The notes beneath the pieces were generated by a model. It was given only the letters and a program-made list of their open reading frames with translations. It was not told where the DNA came from and made no database searches. Made by a program: the position numbers and the translations under genes. DNA of 64,000 bases from Amoebophrya sp. A120 (Eukaryota; Protista; Dinoflagellata): contig CAJINV010000002.1 of assembly GCA_905178155.1 (NCBI GenBank), forward strand, positions 11,076,634 through 11,140,633. Direction: 5' to 3'. Each line of letters begins with the position of its first letter. The first letter of the stretch is position 1. Of this stretch, positions 60,101 to 64,000 are shown one piece after another.

Positions 60101-61170
60101 GCTACACGGGACGAGAACGAGAAGAGCCAGGCCGTGAGCAAGTGCCTGTCCGATTAAACGTTGTGGAAGAGAATGAAGCGGACACTCTTCTCTCGGAAGG
60201 CGAAGGTACAACCCCTCGTAGCACGCCGATCCGCGGGGCACGAACAACGAGCTCGAGGACTGCGGAGGGCATTGTGTTACTCCAAGACGAGGACGAGGGA
60301 GAGCCGAGCGCCGCCATCCCCAGCGGCGGCGTTGCATCGACCGCACTCCCTCGGCCGAGACCAATTATACCTGCGCCGCTTTTCGCAGCGCAAGAAGAAA
60401 ATGGACTTTCTCCCGCCACTCCACCGCTCGGCAAATCAAACACTTTTGTTTCGGTCGTTGCGGGTAGAAGGCTCTCGCGGTCGCCTATTGACGAGTCAAA
60501 AATGGTCAACATCTTTCCTGCAGCAACAACTGATGAGTATGGCGTCACGGGCCCAGGAGTTGTAACATCTTCAGTCGGCGCTGCCGGACCTCCCGTCAGT
60601 TCTATAACTGCACAAATCAAAGCCAGAAGCAGAACCCAGGCTGACAACAATCACAAAGGCGTTAATGGAAACAAAGCTGCTGCCACATTTCGACGGGCAA
60701 AGACCGCGATGTCTCTCATGGAGAAGAATAAACAAGGCCGCGGAATAAATTACTCTAACCACGGCGGTCCGGTCGACGGTCAACAGGGAAACAAGAATTA
60801 TGGTGCTAGCATCACGAGCAAAAATCCATACTCCGGATCCTCCTCAGCTACCGCGCTGCTGCCGACAACCAATGGCGGCCGCACCAGTAGACCGTCACGG
60901 CCATCGCGCGAATCGCCGCCACTTCTGAACTTTGGACCGAAAAGCAGCGCGCAGGCTGTCCCCTCCTCCCCGGGAACGAATCTCGGGTCGACGCTGGGGG
61001 CGGGGTTGCAGAAGGGCATCTCGAAAGCCCACGTGTTCCGCGAGGGTGATCAGCATCAGGGATTGATGAACCTGGGACAAAAGTTGGAGCGCCAGGGCCT
61101 GATTCTCCGGGCGCGGGAAGGCAATCGGAGTCTGCAGGACCGGTTGAGGAAGAAGTGTCTGCAGTTGTAA
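54102..61170 (+). CDS. Two-pore channel (TPC family) with EF-hand; exons 54102-54479, 54618-54694, 54816-~58492, ~58693-59042, 59257-61170
   Basis: LESFLETPSWC, YLLSGV, domain-I pore TTGNYP, LLATVMNEY, EF-hand DRDNSGLIDLQEW, S4 RYLNLLRLLKLV and domain-II ILNFND; architecture of plant/protist TPC1. Intron 3 boundaries are tentative. Confidence 0.85.
54480..54612 (+). mobile_element. Introner, family 3, TSD ACGCG/GCGCG
   Basis: 21-bp TIR with 1 mismatch, TATTTCCTGAAAATTAACCAT; removing 138 nt keeps the frame. Confidence 0.88.
54695..54810 (+). mobile_element. Introner, family 3, TSD ATCTT
   Basis: ~25-bp TIR TATCCACAGAAAAAAACCCATCCAC; ATCTT at 54690-54694 and 54811-54815; removing 121 nt gives SLYEIFVVLFILRK. 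Confidence 0.92.
59043..59256 (+). other. Canonical GT-AG intron (214 nt)
   Basis: GTATTT...CCCCCAACAG; joins WRKS|VLSAED in frame. Confidence 0.75.
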
Positions 61171-62520
61171 ACGGAGGACGGTGAAGCACCCGGCACAAAA
61201 GAAATATGGAAAGCCAATAGCGCTGCGAAGCGCAAGGTAAAGAAAGCAGAAGTAGATCAACATTCGCGCTCCTTTCCTTCTAACGAGATATAATGAGTCG
61301 ACGGGGAGTAGTCGTGCTGGTCATCGAGTGGAAATATAGTGACAGACTCAAGAATCGACGTTGGTTTTAAGACATACAGAAAAAGAACATCTGGTGGAGG
61401 TCTTTGCTGGACCAAGTGCGAGCGCTGTTCGTGCTAGCACGGAGACGACCACAACGAAGGCCGTTGAAGAGCGATTTTCATCTCCTCAAAATGGCCCGAT
61501 GAAAGATTCTGGGTCGTGGAAAATACCGATAAGCTGCTAGTTGTGATTCTAACCGACTTGCTAGAGCTGCAAGAACAAGAAGAAGTAGAAGAAGTGGTTT
61601 TTGAGTGACTTCTGCTCGAAGACAGATGGGCACACTATACTTTTTTTTCTGATATGTGAGACGGTTCGCAATCGGAAAGCTCTCTAAACCAAAATGAACA
61701 GCAAAATTTCTTGTGAACTCCTAGTTTATGGCGTTGGAGGGTTCCAACCAGTAACAAAATGAACTCTTTGAGGAGGCGGCGAACTTGACAATTTTCTCTT
61801 CTTCTCCGACTGATGACCGGTTTCGTCTGAAGGATCTACAAGGCCGCAGCTTATGTCGCGCAGTGGGAGGGTGAACGAGTGGACAGGGGGGAAAGAAAAA
61901 CGCCAGAGGATGGGCAAGGGAAAAGATTTCTGAGGCAGGGCGGGGCCAAGCATCTGCGCCACTTCTAGTTGAAAGAACCAAGGCGGAGCGCCATGGCGCC
62001 CGTGGTAGTTCCCGTCGTTGTGCGACCGCGAGGACCCCGCCCGCATTGGGCGCGCGCCCGAGGCGGCAAGCCTTAGGCCCAACAGCGCAAAGGCAAAGCG
62101 CGGCAGCGGGCGGGCCCCAGTGGACGGGGGAAGGAAGCAGGAGAACAGCCCGCGCCATGCGCGGCGCCTGCGCGCGACGCCCCGGCCGCGCGTGTGCTGT
62201 GTGAGCGGCCCGCCCGTGCCGCCTGCCGGTGCGCCGGCCCTGCCCCTGCGCGCCTTCATGCTCTCCCGTCCATCTCCCGCGCGCAGCCTTGCAGGACAGG
62301 GGCGCGCTCCTGGGGGCCCTGCCGCGCGTGAAGGTAGAGGACGGGCGCCGGGGCGGGGCATTCATTTTTTTCCAGGCGCTTGGGCCCACCACCCTCCCTC
62401 CGCACCCCCCGGACAACTATGGCTCCCCACGCGCTGGCCCGCACGCAATCTGTTCCGCTCCCGCCTTCCCTCGCGCGCAGCCAGCCCCCAAGACAGAAAC
62501 GGCGGACGGTGGCGCCCTCC

Positions 62521-63289
62521 NNNNNNNNNNNNNNNNNNNNNNNNNNNNNNNNNNNNNNNNNNNNNNNNNNNNNNNNNNNNNNNNNNNNNNNNNNNNNNNN
62601 NNNNNNNNNNNNNNNNNNNNNNNNNNNNNNNNNNNNNNNNNNNNNNNNNNNNNNNNNNNNNNNNNNNNNNNNNNNNNNNNNNNNNNNNNNNNNNNNNNNN
62701 NNNNNNNNNNNNNNNNNNNNNNNNNNNNNNNNNNNNNNNNNNNNNNNNNNNNNNNNNNNNNNNNNNNNNNNNNNNNNNNNNNNNNNNNNNNNNNNNNNNN
62801 NNNNNNNNNNNNNNNNNNNNNNNNNNNNNNNNNNNNNNNNNNNNNNNNNNNNNNNNNNNNNNNNNNNNNNNNNNNNNNNNNNNNNNNNNNNNNNNNNNNN
62901 NNNNNNNNNNNNNNNNNNNNNNNNNNNNNNNNNNNNNNNNNNNNNNNNNNNNNNNNNNNNNNNNNNNNNNNNNNNNNNNNNNNNNNNNNNNNNNNNNNNN
63001 NNNNNNNNNNNNNNNNNNNNNNNNNNNNNNNNNNNNNNNNNNNNNNNNNNNNNNNNNNNNNNNNNNNNNNNNNNNNNNNNNNNNNNNNNNNNNNNNNNNN
63101 NNNNNNNNNNNNNNNNNNNNNNNNNNNNNNNNNNNNNNNNNNNNNNNNNNNNNNNNNNNNNNNNNNNNNNNNNNNNNNNNNNNNNNNNNNNNNNNNNNNN
63201 NNNNNNNNNNNNNNNNNNNNNNNNNNNNNNNNNNNNNNNNNNNNNNNNNNNNNNNNNNNNNNNNNNNNNNNNNNNNNNNNNNNNNNNNN
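62521..63289. other. Assembly gap (N run)
   Basis: Run of N bases. Confidence 0.99.
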
Positions 63290-63850
63290 AAATATTTCGG
63301 CTTGCGAAGTATTTTGGCTTGCGAAGTTTTTATTTTGGCTTGCAAAATATTCCGACTTGCGAAATAATTCGACTGGTGAAATTTTTTGGCTTGCGAAATC
63401 TTTTGCGTTGCAAAATATTTCGAGTTGCGAAATATCTTGAGTCGCGAAATGTTTTGCGTTGCAGAGTTTTTTTTCGCTTTGGGAAATATTTGAAGTGGCA
63501 AAACGTTTTGCGTTCTTGCAAAATAGTCGGGAGCTCGGCGATGGGAATTGGGCGACGAAGGTTGGCAATCCAGCGATGGGAGTTGGGAGCCCGTGCGTTC
63601 TGCTCTCCCCGTGCCCTCCGCCTTCAGAGCTGCAAAAACGGGGGAAGCGGTTTCTTCGGGGGGTTGTTGCGAAATATTTTCTGGTCAGAATATTTTCCGA
63701 GGGTTGAGAAATATTCTGAGTTGCAAAATATTCCGACTTCCAAAATATTTCGACTTGCAAAATATTTCGAGTTGCGAAATATTTTGCGTTGCAGAGTATT
63801 TTGATTCGCAAAATGTTGCGAGTTGCAAAATATTTCGCGTTGCAAAATAG
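63290..63850. repeat. Degenerate ~17-bp tandem repeat (AAATATTTCGAGTTGCR-like)
   Basis: Many diverged copies in two blocks (63290-63520, 63670-63850). Confidence 0.85.
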
Positions 63851-64000
63851 TTGGGCGATGGGCATTGGGCGATGAAAGTTGGGAGCTGGGCGATGGGGTT
63901 TGGGAAGTGGGCGACGGGAGTTGGGGGCTAATCGATGGGGGTGGTGGCGAGTTTGGCGGTGGGATTTGCGAATTGGGCGATGGGATTTGGGCGGTGGGCG
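63851..64000. repeat. G-rich degenerate repeat (TTGGGCGATGGG-like)
   Basis: Repeated TGGGCGATGGG / TGGGCG units; similar copies at 63536-63590. Confidence 0.75.

Noticed and set aside
5591-61263. Numerous minus-strand ORFs overlapping the called genes
   Set aside because: These are antisense shadows of GC-rich coding sequence, with no domain signatures.
63290-63850. CRISPR-like periodicity
   Set aside because: The units are abutting, degenerate ~17-mers with no unique spacers, there are no cas genes and the context is eukaryotic.
62018-63865. Long ORFs of 380-480 aa
   Set aside because: They run through the N gap and repeat sequence.

Overview
Eukaryotic genomic DNA. It is most likely from the syndinian dinoflagellate parasite Amoebophrya; this is inferred from the fact that all recognisable genes lie on the + strand, the proteins carry long low-complexity insertions, and most introns are non-GT-AG elements bounded by inverted and direct repeats. 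Nine + strand genes can be pieced together: a two-domain SagB/ThcOx-type nitroreductase, two paralogous secreted proteins (the second a ~1,300-aa TSP1/Cys-rich type I membrane protein with 14 exons), a divergent kinase-fold protein, a METTL21-like methyltransferase, a membrane-anchored pepsin-family aspartic protease, a DUF1415 protein, a probably secreted Ser/Thr kinase and a two-pore channel. The dominant hidden structure is a set of about 24 MITE-like introns (introners). They typically run TA...TA, carry terminal inverted repeats (TIRs) and are flanked by a 5-bp target duplication; removing the element plus one 5-bp copy restores the reading frame in almost every case I could check by hand. 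Notable details: the same family acts as an intron in both orientations; two elements sit back-to-back at one target with a zero-length exon; unrelated families share an internal TTGT(C/G)ATGC motif; and two giant (3-3.6 kb) introners carry nested cargo, one of them a 640-codon RNase H/zinc-finger LINE ORF. All splice models were derived by hand from DNA and need RNA-seq confirmation. An assembly gap lies at 62521-63289.
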